From: Chitinophagales bacterium
GTDB taxonomy: Bacteria; Bacteroidota; Bacteroidia; Chitinophagales; JABDMM01
DNA length: 64,000 nt
Assembly (NCBI GenBank): GCA_013001465.1
Contig: JABDMM010000115.1
Span: forward strand, 17,407 to 81,406
Direction: 5' to 3'
The notes beneath the pieces were generated by a model. The model worked only from the letters and a program-made list of their open reading frames with translations. It made no database searches and was not told the origin of the DNA. This document shows positions 53,916 through 63,283 of this stretch, piece by piece (the first letter of the stretch is position 1; each line of letters begins with the position of its first letter). A program made the position numbers and the translations under genes.

Positions 53916-55385
53916 TTGATTAGACTCTTTTTATTATTATCCTTTGTCCTTCTCTTTGGTATAGACGTTTGGTCTCAAACTATTACATATTCTACAAAGC
54001 AAAAGATCACCAGCAAAACTGCAAGGTTTAGCATCATCGGTAAAAATAATGATGGTATCGTACTGCGTCGGTATGGAAAAACTACCAATATCCTCGATAT
54101 CTTTGATGACAATCTTAGTTATAAATACTCTGTACCCATCAATCCAAGAAGGCAAAATGCCTTTACGAAAGGAATTCTTCTGAATCAATTCGGTGCCACA
54201 ACACTTTTTTTAGCTCCCGAGAAGGACTTTATGATCCTTTATGCGAGAGTGCTTAAGCAAAAGTTTGAAATAGCCGGAAGCACCGAAATTCCTTTGGATA
54301 CTGTTTTCGACGGGAAAGACAACACCATTCAAAACTACCGATATGTTCTGTCGAAAGACAGATCAAAAATTCTTCTCTACTGCCCTGTATACAAGGGAAA
54401 TGAGGCCATTTATATTCAGATGAAAGTCTATACCAGAGACCTGTTGTTACTTCAGAAAAAAAGGATCAATATCAAAGAAGATATCAGATCTGAAACTCTT
54501 AGTTTTCATCCGGTGATCAAAAATAATGGTGAGGCTGTTTTATACATTATAAACAGTACAAAAGCAGATAAGACTGCATTCGCAATAAATGATATTCATC
54601 AACATCATTTAACATACAATGGGTACATCTACAAAAAATTGAAATTCCAGACTACCGCATTTGGAAATGTTTCTTTCAAATATGACGAAGAAAACAAGCG
54701 GGTCTGTATGGCCGGCTTAGTTTCAGATGGAAACAAAAAATCAAAAAGATCTTCAACCGGGTACTTTATAAATTTCATCAATGCGGATTCTTCAAAAATC
54801 GAAGTTCAAGAGATAAAAAAGTACCGCAGTGCATTTATGTATGAGTTAACAGGCAAAGACTCTACAAAACACAATGGACAGCTTTCGACTTTTGATCTGA
54901 AAAAAGTAGTCTTGAGAAAAGATGGTGGTGCCATTATAATTCTTGAATCCTATTTCACGGAAAATGACCAGATCAGCTTTCAATCCCGTAATCACCCTTC
55001 ATTTACAAATTTTCGCACATACAATGTTTTTTACTATAATGATGTAATATGCTATTCATTTAATCCTAACGGTAAAGAACAATGGCATTCAATATTACGG
55101 AAGAAACAGATCTCAGAAAATGATAATGGAATTTATTCGTCATTTGGTTTACTAACCGAGCAGGATGAATTAAATTTTCTTTATCTCGACGAAATATTTT
55201 ATTCAGCCAATGTCAACTTATATATTCTGGATTCCGATGGTAAACTACGAAGGAAATCATTATTCAATCAGGGTGATGAAAACATTATGGCTATACCCAG
55301 ACTAGCAAAACAAATATCAAAGGATGTTATTTTAATCCCGAGCTTGAGAAAAAATATGCTCAGTATGGTAAAAATAGAGCTATAA
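53916..55385 (+). CDS. Exported hypothetical protein
   Basis: 489-aa ORF with a signal peptide; beta-rich, with DGGAIIILE and GKEQWHSILRKKQ motifs. Confidence 0.75.
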   Translation: MIRLFLLLSFVLLFGIDVWSQTITYSTKQKITSKTARFSIIGKNNDGIVLRRYGKTTNILDIFDDNLSYKYSVPINPRRQNAFTKGILLNQFGATTLFLAPEKDFMILYARVLKQKFEIAGSTEIPLDTVFDGKDNTIQNYRYVLSKDRSKILLYCPVYKGNEAIYIQMKVYTRDLLLLQKKRINIKEDIRSETLSFHPVIKNNGEAVLYIINSTKADKTAFAINDIHQHHLTYNGYIYKKLKFQTTAFGNVSFKYDEENKRVCMAGLVSDGNKKSKRSSTGYFINFINADSSKIEVQEIKKYRSAFMYELTGKDSTKHNGQLSTFDLKKVVLRKDGGAIIILESYFTENDQISFQSRNHPSFTNFRTYNVFYYNDVICYSFNPNGKEQWHSILRKKQISENDNGIYSSFGLLTEQDELNFLYLDEIFYSANVNLYILDSDGKLRRKSLFNQGDENIMAIPRLAKQISKDVILIPSLRKNMLSMVKIEL

Positions 55386-55392
55386 TAGGCTT

Positions 55393-56400
55393 ATGTTAAC
55401 AGCGATCAGAAAAAATGAAACGCTCGCATTATCAATGCTGGTCTTATTGACCATATTGTACAGGATTAAATTGTTCTTCCCCTCGCATTCCTTAGAGTTT
55501 GCATTCGATGTAGCAGAGCCGCTCAGCAGATTGTTTTATTCCGTCATTATTAATTCAGCGTTAGATCTTCAAATTATCCTTGGTGGAGCATCGATCCTAC
55601 TCACTTTATTGCATGCATTTTGGATGAATCAAATCCTGATCAAGTATAAGTTGTTCGAGAAGGAAGGATTCTTGCCTTCCATCTTATATGTTTGCTTCAT
55701 GGGCATGTCACCTGCATTTTTACAATGTACACCCGTCTTGATGGCTTTAACCTTTATGATTCCGGTGATAGACAAATTGCTTGAAGCATACAACAACGAT
55801 AGCTGTTTCAAGCTTATCTTCGATTGCGGTTTCCTCGTTGGGCTTGCTTCACTTTTTTATTTCCCTTCCATTTTTATGATCCTGTTTGTATTCATAAGCC
55901 TTGCCCAACTGCGTTCTGTAAATATAAAAGAATGGCTTTCAGTGATCGTTGGATTGATCACCATTTATATCTTAGCTTTCACGGTCTTCTTCCTTTTTGA
56001 AGAGGATATCTTTAAGTTCAGACCGCTTGGTTCAAACTTTTCTGATATCTTGAAAAGCTTTTTTGCAGGCTCTGATGGGTCTTTATTGGGAGTGCTTGGA
56101 ATGGTTATTTTTATTGTAGCTGCAGTCGGTTATACAAGTAGTCAATTAACCGGTACTCTCATTCAATACCGAAAATTTATTACTATTCTTTTGTTTTTTG
56201 CAATTGCTTCTGCGATTTCGATCGTAGTACCAAGCAATAGTCAGTCGGCTCATTTGTTGTTTCTCATGTTACCTGTATCTATTGGGTTCATCAATGTACT
56301 TTCAAAATATTCCCCGGGATACATTTCAGATCTCATCTTCTTCTTCCTACTGGCATTTACACTGTTTTTACAATATTTCCCGTACTTTTATCAGTCATAA
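55393..56400 (+). CDS. Multi-pass membrane protein (DUF6427-like)
   Basis: About 10 hydrophobic segments, with IFDCGFLVGLASLFYFP. The family assignment is from memory. Confidence 0.65.
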   Translation: MLTAIRKNETLALSMLVLLTILYRIKLFFPSHSLEFAFDVAEPLSRLFYSVIINSALDLQIILGGASILLTLLHAFWMNQILIKYKLFEKEGFLPSILYVCFMGMSPAFLQCTPVLMALTFMIPVIDKLLEAYNNDSCFKLIFDCGFLVGLASLFYFPSIFMILFVFISLAQLRSVNIKEWLSVIVGLITIYILAFTVFFLFEEDIFKFRPLGSNFSDILKSFFAGSDGSLLGVLGMVIFIVAAVGYTSSQLTGTLIQYRKFITILLFFAIASAISIVVPSNSQSAHLLFLMLPVSIGFINVLSKYSPGYISDLIFFFLLAFTLFLQYFPYFYQS

Positions 56401-56412
56401 AATTTAAGACGA

Positions 56413-57117
56413 ATGAAGTTCGGAGTAGTTGTTTTTCCTGGTTCCAATTGCGATCGAGATATGGTTCATGTGCTGTCAAATGTGATGCAACAGAAGGTTC
56501 GCACAATTTGGCATAAGGACGAGACCATCGGTGATCTTAAAACTGAAGACTGTATCGTGCTTCCGGGCGGATTTTCATATGGAGATTATCTACGTACCGG
56601 AGCGATCGCCCGATTTTCTCCGGTCATGAATGCAGTGATCGACTTTGCAAATAAAGGCGGTAAGGTTATCGGAATTTGCAACGGGTTTCAAATACTTTGT
56701 GAAAGCCACCTCCTGCCTGGTGCGCTCCTGAAAAACAACAACCAGAAGTATGTGTGTAAGAATGTGTTCTTAAAATGTGTTTCAAGCAACCACTTCATCA
56801 GCAATTCGATAGAAAAAGACAGAATATTGAAGATACCGATCGCACATGGCGATGGTCGCTATTATACTGATGAGAAGACACTAATGCAACTTAAAGAAAA
56901 CGATCAAATTATTTTCAAATACTGTGACGAAAACGGAAGTATCACTGAAACTTCAAATCCAAACGGTTCGATCGCCAACATTGCCGGGATATGCAATGAG
57001 AAGAGAAATGTATTCGGAATGATGCCACATCCGGAGAGGGCTTCTGAAAAAGCAATGGGAAATTGTGATGGTGAGTTGTTATTCTCATCCATACTAAAAG
57101 AATTTCAGTTCGCTTAG
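56413..57117 (+). CDS. purQ: Phosphoribosylformylglycinamidine synthase subunit PurQ
   Basis: Motifs FPGSNCD, PGGFSYGDYLR, GICNGFQ, PIAHGDG, NPNGS, MMPHPER. Confidence 0.97.
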   Translation: MKFGVVVFPGSNCDRDMVHVLSNVMQQKVRTIWHKDETIGDLKTEDCIVLPGGFSYGDYLRTGAIARFSPVMNAVIDFANKGGKVIGICNGFQILCESHLLPGALLKNNNQKYVCKNVFLKCVSSNHFISNSIEKDRILKIPIAHGDGRYYTDEKTLMQLKENDQIIFKYCDENGSITETSNPNGSIANIAGICNEKRNVFGMMPHPERASEKAMGNCDGELLFSSILKEFQFA

Positions 57118-57186
57118 ATCGTGGATTTAGAAACTAATTTTATTTCCCCTTCGTTGTATTAACATTTGCCTCAAAAAGGGATTCCT

Positions 57187-59727
57187 ATGACGCGTAACAT
57201 CTTGACTATACTACTTTGTCTTACTTTTCTCCCATCCGGATTCTCGCAGATCTTCGACCCGGTGGATTGGTCTTATCAAAGTGAACAACTAGAAGATGGC
57301 GATTATGCGATCATCTTTAAAGCCGATATTGAAAATGGTTGGTACCTATATAGTCAGTTTGTCGATGAAGATGGACCAATACCTACTGCATTTACTTTTG
57401 AAGAGAATGCAAAGCTGGAAATCATAGGTGATGCTACTGAAAGTGGACCAAAGATCAAAGAGGGTTATGATAAGATGTTCGACATGAACATTAAAAAGTT
57501 TGCCAATTCCGCAAAATTTATTCAAAAGATCAATCCTACCGAGTCCACTACAGCTTCAGGTTATATCACTTTCATGGTATGTGATGATGAGCGATGCTTG
57601 CCTCCCACAGATGTGGATTTTTCTATTCCGATAGTGCTGAATGAAAAGAAAGAAGCAGCTCCAGTTGAGAAAGATAATCCAGATAAAGATGGAAGCGGAT
57701 CTATTGAAGAACCAAATAATAAAACAGTTGAAGCTGATCTAAATGAGAAACCCGAAACAGAAGATATAGAAAGTGAGATCTTGAAACCGGTTGAATGGAA
57801 AGTATCCGGTGAACGTAATGGAGACCTGATCGATCTTACATTTAAAGCTGAAATAGAAAAAGGATGGTACGTATACTCTCAGAATGTCCCACCGGATGGC
57901 CCTGTTGCTACCTCATTTCACTACGATACGATCGATGCATACAGTTTCCCAGCCCCGGTAAGCGAAAGCGGTCCTAAAATAAAAGAAGGCTTTGATGAGA
58001 TCTTTGGAATGGATATAAAAAAGTATGCTCGTGGTGTGGAATTCAAACATAGTATTAAAATTAATGACACGGAGATCAAGGAGATAAAGGGATACTTTGA
58101 ATTTATGACTTGCGATGATTCTAAGTGTTTGCCTCCTGAATTCATAGACTTTAAGATAAATGTTGCAAATGGAGAAGCATCAATTTTTGATCCTGCATTG
58201 GAAGATAATGCTGAAGTCTTTGAAGCGGAGCAACTCGATCTTGGACTTGGATATGAACCAGAAGAAAAGAAGAAAAGCGCAATCTGGGTGTTTCTTTTTG
58301 GTGTTTTTGGAGGTTTGTTCGCATTGCTTACCCCTTGCGTATTCCCTATGATACCGCTTACGGTGAGTTTTTTCACCAAAAGTTCAGGTAATGGATCCGG
58401 ACTTTTAAATGCTATGTTATATGGATTGGCAATTTTTGCGATCTATGTTCTTTTAAGTGCACCTTTCCATCTTTTGAATCTTGCACCGGACATCCTTAAT
58501 CAAATCTCAACCAGTGTTGGTCTAAATGTTTTCTTCTTCCTGATATTTGTCGCTTTTGCAATTTCCTTTTTCGGTTATTATGAACTTACCATGCCTTCAT
58601 CACTTGCGAACAAAGTAAGTCAGGCTGAAGGCAGAGGTGGATTGATAGGAATCTTCTTTATGGCACTAACACTGGCGATCGTTTCGTTCTCTTGTACCGG
58701 ACCGATCATCGGTACCTTACTCGCAGGAACGCTTTCTCAGGGAGCATGGCATCTAACCGCAGGAATGGCAGGATTCGGTCTTGCACTTGGTCTGCCTTTC
58801 GCTTTGTTTGCACTATTCCCAAGTTGGCTAAATAATCTACCAAAGTCTGGCGGATGGATGAATTCGGTGAAAGTGGTTCTGGGGTTTGCTGAACTTGCCT
58901 TGGCATTGAAGTTTTTATCGGTAGCAGATCTTGTTGCGCACTGGGGACTTCTTAAAAGAGAAGTGTTCTTTGGTTTGTGGATCGTGATTTGTCTTCTAAC
59001 TATTCTTTACCTCATAAAAGTCATCCATTTCCCTCATGATAGCAGAAACAGAAGACTTGGGAAGTTTGGTATTGCGTTCACGATTATTCTTGCTGCTTTT
59101 ACAATTTATTTAATTCCGGGGCTATTCGGAAAAAATGTCTCACTTATTTCCGGGTTCCCACCACCGATGTATTACAGAATTTTCGAGTCTAATGTTGCTG
59201 ATGCAGAATTCGAAACCAACGTGACCGAAGAAGAACTGGCGGAATTCAAATTTTCAAAAGATTGCCCATACGGCGTTCCTTGTTTTAAAGACTTCTTCGA
59301 AGCTGAGAGGTATGCCAAACAGGTAGACAAGCCTATTTTAGTGGATTTTACCGGTTTTGGCTGTGTAAACTGTCGAAAAATGGAAGAAAATGTCTGGCCG
59401 GAAGAAGGAATATTGGACTTACTGGGAAGCGAGCTGGTTTTAGCCTCACTCTATGTTGATGACAGAGAAGCTCTTCCCGAAGATCAAGTCAGAATCGCAG
59501 TTTCTGGCAATTACAGCAAGAAACTACGTAACGTAGGAAATAAATGGTCGTTCTTTCAAACCATAAACTTTAAGGAAAACTCCCAACCATCATACGTAAT
59601 CCTTACTCCAGATCGAGAGATCATAATGGAACCTGTTGGATACACTCCTAATCCAAGTAAGTTTAAAGGAATGCTCAACAAGGCCATAAAAGACTTTAAA
59701 GACCAGTCCCTCACAAGCACAGATTAG
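57187..59727 (+). CDS. dsbD: Thiol:disulfide interchange protein DsbD with a duplicated N-terminal domain
   Basis: Two Ig-like nDsbD domains (CDDERCLPP, CDDSKCLPP), a TM domain (TPCVFPMIP, SFSCTGP, LPKSGGWM) and a thioredoxin domain (DFTGFGCVNCRKME). Confidence 0.9.
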   Translation: MTRNILTILLCLTFLPSGFSQIFDPVDWSYQSEQLEDGDYAIIFKADIENGWYLYSQFVDEDGPIPTAFTFEENAKLEIIGDATESGPKIKEGYDKMFDMNIKKFANSAKFIQKINPTESTTASGYITFMVCDDERCLPPTDVDFSIPIVLNEKKEAAPVEKDNPDKDGSGSIEEPNNKTVEADLNEKPETEDIESEILKPVEWKVSGERNGDLIDLTFKAEIEKGWYVYSQNVPPDGPVATSFHYDTIDAYSFPAPVSESGPKIKEGFDEIFGMDIKKYARGVEFKHSIKINDTEIKEIKGYFEFMTCDDSKCLPPEFIDFKINVANGEASIFDPALEDNAEVFEAEQLDLGLGYEPEEKKKSAIWVFLFGVFGGLFALLTPCVFPMIPLTVSFFTKSSGNGSGLLNAMLYGLAIFAIYVLLSAPFHLLNLAPDILNQISTSVGLNVFFFLIFVAFAISFFGYYELTMPSSLANKVSQAEGRGGLIGIFFMALTLAIVSFSCTGPIIGTLLAGTLSQGAWHLTAGMAGFGLALGLPFALFALFPSWLNNLPKSGGWMNSVKVVLGFAELALALKFLSVADLVAHWGLLKREVFFGLWIVICLLTILYLIKVIHFPHDSRNRRLGKFGIAFTIILAAFTIYLIPGLFGKNVSLISGFPPPMYYRIFESNVADAEFETNVTEEELAEFKFSKDCPYGVPCFKDFFEAERYAKQVDKPILVDFTGFGCVNCRKMEENVWPEEGILDLLGSELVLASLYVDDREALPEDQVRIAVSGNYSKKLRNVGNKWSFFQTINFKENSQPSYVILTPDREIIMEPVGYTPNPSKFKGMLNKAIKDFKDQSLTSTD

Positions 59728-59734
59728 TATTTTA

Positions 59735-59775
59735 TGACTTTTTGTCACAGGTTTCGCTGTGGCACAGGCTTTGCA
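59735..59775 (+). promoter_or_regulatory. Sigma-54 promoter (59760-59775) with upstream TGAC-N5-GTCA palindrome (59735-59747) for htpG
   Basis: TGGCACAGGCTTTGCA fits the TGGCAC-N5-TTGC consensus exactly. TGACTTTTTGTCA lies 12 nt upstream of it, and the htpG ATG lies 23 nt downstream. Confidence 0.75.
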
Positions 59776-59798
59776 TTGCAGTTCGAAAATATCAAACA

Positions 59799-61667
59799 AT
59801 GGCAAAAGGTAAGATCAAAGTCAATACCGATAATATTTTCCCGATCATTAAAAAGTTTCTCTACTCAGACCATGAGATCTTTTTAAGAGAGCTCGTATCC
59901 AACGCGGTAGATGCGACACAAAAACTAAAAAAGCTCCATTCCATCGGAGAATATAAAGGAGATCTGGATGATCTTGCTATAAAGATCAGGATAGACAAAG
60001 AAAATGGCACCCTTCATGTGATCGATCAAGGAATTGGAATGACCGCCGAAGAGGTGAAGAAATATATCAATCAGATCGCATTTTCATCCGCTGAATCATT
60101 CCTTGAAAAATTCAAAGACCTGGAAGATTCTGCTGCTATCATAGGACATTTCGGACTCGGGTTCTATTCCGCCTTTATGGTTTCCGATAAAGTCGAGCTG
60201 ATAACAAAATCGTACAAAGATGAAGATGCGGCTTCCTGGACTTGTGATGGAACACCTAACTATGATCTTAAGAAAGCAAATAAGACCGAGCGGGGCACAG
60301 AGGTAATCCTTCATATTGCAGATGACTCTAAAGAATTCCTTGAAGAAAACCGGATCTCGGATATTCTCAATAAATACTGCAAGTTTCTCCCTATCGAGAT
60401 CATATTTGGCGAACAGACAAAAACTGAAAAAGATAAAGATGGCAAGGAAGTTCAGACAAGTGAACCGAAAGTCATAAACAATCCTAAACCGGCATGGATC
60501 CAAAAGCCTGCCAAGTTAAAAGATGAGGATTACCTTAATTTTTATAACGAGTTATATCCATTTTCGGAGCCACCGCTTTTCTGGATCCACCTTAATGTAG
60601 ATTTTCCATTTAATCTTACTGGTATACTATACTTCCCAAAAATACAAGAGAGCAATTTCGAAATTCAGAAAAAACGGATCCAGCTTTATAGCAATCAGGT
60701 TTTTGTTACTGACCAGGTGGAAGAGATCGTTCCCGAATTTCTTATGCTGCTCCAGGGTGTCATCGACTCTCCGGATATCCCTTTAAATGTATCAAGAAGC
60801 TATCTGCAGTCGGATGCAAACGTGAAGAAGATAAATAAATACATCAGTAAAAAAGTCGCTGATGAATTATCGAAACTATTCAGCAAAAAAAGACCTGATT
60901 TCGAAGAGAAATGGTCAAGTATCGGTTTGTTTGTGAAATATGGAATGATCAGTGATGAAAAATTCTATGAAAAAGCAAAATCATTCTGCTTACTCGAAAA
61001 TATGGAAGGCAAGTTCTTCTCTATTGAGGAGTACAAAGAAAAAGTAAAAGCACTACAAACGGATAAAAACAATAAAGTTGTCTTCCTTTATAGCAACCAG
61101 TTGGAAGATCAACACACCTATATCGAAGCTGCAAAAGAGCGATCTTATGAAGTGATAAAACTCGATAATGTAATCGATAACCACTTTATGCAACAAGTGG
61201 AAATGAAATTTGATGATGTCGTTTTTAAGCGAGTAGATGCGGACACTCCTGAGAAACTGATCGAGAAAGAGAATGAAAACACTTCAGTACTATCTTCCGA
61301 TGAAGAGGAAAAACTAAAGAATATTTATGCTGAAGTTGTTGAAAAACCGGAAGTAGAAATAGAATTGCAGGCATTATCACCAAACGATCATCCAGTAATG
61401 ATCACTAAACCCGAGATCAACAGGCGGATGAAAGAGATGGCGAGCATGGGTGGAGGAGCAATGTCATTCATGGGACAAATGCCAGACCAACTTAAACTTA
61501 TTGTTAATACCAATCATCCATTGGCATCCAAGATCTTGAGGAGTAAAGCCAAGAAAAAGCAACTGGTTCAACAGCTCTTTGACCTTGCATTGCTTTCCCA
61601 AAATATGCTTAGAGGCTCAGATCTCACTGATTTTATTAACAGGAGTGTCGATGTTATAAATGATTAA
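59799..61667 (+). CDS. htpG: Molecular chaperone HtpG (Hsp90)
   Basis: Motifs LYSDHEIFLRELVSNAVDA, DQGIGMT, IGHFGLGFYSAF, IPLNVSRSYLQ. ATG at 59799 (MAKGKI). Confidence 0.97.
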   Translation: MAKGKIKVNTDNIFPIIKKFLYSDHEIFLRELVSNAVDATQKLKKLHSIGEYKGDLDDLAIKIRIDKENGTLHVIDQGIGMTAEEVKKYINQIAFSSAESFLEKFKDLEDSAAIIGHFGLGFYSAFMVSDKVELITKSYKDEDAASWTCDGTPNYDLKKANKTERGTEVILHIADDSKEFLEENRISDILNKYCKFLPIEIIFGEQTKTEKDKDGKEVQTSEPKVINNPKPAWIQKPAKLKDEDYLNFYNELYPFSEPPLFWIHLNVDFPFNLTGILYFPKIQESNFEIQKKRIQLYSNQVFVTDQVEEIVPEFLMLLQGVIDSPDIPLNVSRSYLQSDANVKKINKYISKKVADELSKLFSKKRPDFEEKWSSIGLFVKYGMISDEKFYEKAKSFCLLENMEGKFFSIEEYKEKVKALQTDKNNKVVFLYSNQLEDQHTYIEAAKERSYEVIKLDNVIDNHFMQQVEMKFDDVVFKRVDADTPEKLIEKENENTSVLSSDEEEKLKNIYAEVVEKPEVEIELQALSPNDHPVMITKPEINRRMKEMASMGGGAMSFMGQMPDQLKLIVNTNHPLASKILRSKAKKKQLVQQLFDLALLSQNMLRGSDLTDFINRSVDVIND

Positions 61668-61706
61668 CAATAGTTTTCTAAGTTTACCTCCTAAATATTG
61701 ATTGTT

Positions 61707-63080
61707 ATGATCCGCTATCTCCTTATTTTATCTGTTGTTGTATTGGCATCATGTAATAAAGTTCAGAAAGAACCTGTTGAAGATAAACAGCAGGTCAAAA
61801 CTGAAATACCAGGCGACCCGATCGAATGGACAAAGAATCTGAACATTTATGAGGTTAATATTAGGCAATTCACTAAAGAAGGAACCTTTGATGCTTTTGC
61901 AATGCACCTGCCAAGATTGCAGGAAATGGGTGTTAAAATACTATGGCTGATGCCTATTCAGCCTATTGGTATCGAAAAAAGGAAGGGTAGTTTAGGAAGC
62001 TACTACTCTATTAAGGATTATACCGACGTCAATCCTGAATTTGGAACCATGGTTGATCTCAAAAACCTCGTAGACGATGCCCATGACAGGGGAATGTATG
62101 TTATTCTGGATTGGGTTGCCAATCACTCAGCATGGGATATCGATCTTGTTGAAAAACACCCTGAATGGTTTACAAGAGATGAGAATGGGAATATGATCCC
62201 ACCGGTGCCAGATTGGTCAGATGTGGTAGATTTTAATTATGAAGAGAAAGGGTTGTGGGAATACATGATAAATGCTATGAAGTTTTGGGTTGAAGAAGCC
62301 AATATTGACGGATACAGATGTGATGTGGCAGGAGAAGTTCCACTTGAATTCTGGCAACAAGCGTTAGATGAACTTCAAAAGATCAAACCTGAAGTCTTTA
62401 TGCTTGCAGAACATGAAAGTCCGGATGATCATAATGATGCTTTTCATATGACTTACGGATGGGAAATGCATCATATCATGAATGAAATGGCAAAAGGGAA
62501 AATGGACCTCAAAGACTTACATGCATACTTCGTAAAAGAAGACAGCCTTTATCCGCAAGAAGCATATCGAATGCATTTCATCACAAATCATGATGAAAAC
62601 TCATGGAATGGAACAGTTGAAGAAAGAATGGGAGAAGCTGCCGAAGCATTTGCAGTACTTTCTGTCACTGCAGAACAATCGATGCCTTTGATATATAACG
62701 GACAAGAAGCCGGACTTAACAAGAGATTAGCATTTTTCGAAAAAGATGAGATCGAGTGGAAAGAACACCCAATGGGTAAGTTCTATGAAAAACTACTAAA
62801 GCTGAAATTAAAGAATGAAGCTTTGTGGAATGGAATTTATGGTGGCGATGTGGAACTTATCGATAACAACAAAATGGACAACGTGCTATCTTTTAGAAGA
62901 GAAATGAATGGCGATAAAGTTCTTGTCGTATTGAATTTGTCTAAGGAATCTGTAACTGTTGAATTAGCTAATACTGATGAAGGCGAACTCAAGGATCTAT
63001 TCACCGGAGAGCGGGTTGAGATTAATGCAAAGCATAAAGAAGAACTCGCATCTTGGGGTTATCGCTTGTATCATAATTAG
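61707..63080 (+). CDS. GH13 alpha-amylase family lipoprotein
   Basis: Lipobox LASC; region I DWVANH, nucleophile DGYRCDVA, acid/base LAEHE, region IV TNHDEN. Confidence 0.92.
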   Translation: MIRYLLILSVVVLASCNKVQKEPVEDKQQVKTEIPGDPIEWTKNLNIYEVNIRQFTKEGTFDAFAMHLPRLQEMGVKILWLMPIQPIGIEKRKGSLGSYYSIKDYTDVNPEFGTMVDLKNLVDDAHDRGMYVILDWVANHSAWDIDLVEKHPEWFTRDENGNMIPPVPDWSDVVDFNYEEKGLWEYMINAMKFWVEEANIDGYRCDVAGEVPLEFWQQALDELQKIKPEVFMLAEHESPDDHNDAFHMTYGWEMHHIMNEMAKGKMDLKDLHAYFVKEDSLYPQEAYRMHFITNHDENSWNGTVEERMGEAAEAFAVLSVTAEQSMPLIYNGQEAGLNKRLAFFEKDEIEWKEHPMGKFYEKLLKLKLKNEALWNGIYGGDVELIDNNKMDNVLSFRREMNGDKVLVVLNLSKESVTVELANTDEGELKDLFTGERVEINAKHKEELASWGYRLYHN

Positions 63081-63132
63081 GCTTGAAGTAGAATAATACA
63101 GCCTCATGTAATTATATGTTCTATTGTTCGTC

Positions 63133-63211
63133 CTATTCAAAATCAGATATCCTTAAAGAAATCGAAAGAAAACCCCGGCTATTCAAAAGCTCAAATGTCG
63201 TTCTATTCAAA
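63133..63211. repeat. Three CTATTCAAA direct repeats in a convergent intergenic gap
   Basis: Copies start at 63133, 63179 and 63203. Confidence 0.6.
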
Positions 63212-63283
63212 CCTCAAAAGTTGAACTGAACGCTAATGAATATATGTTAAAAGATTTTATACAGAAAAGTATTACCAGAGTTT

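Noticed and set aside
59742-59798. 19-aa N-terminal extension of HtpG from the TTG at 59742
   Set aside because: It overlaps the palindrome and sigma-54 promoter; the conserved protein begins at ATG 59799.
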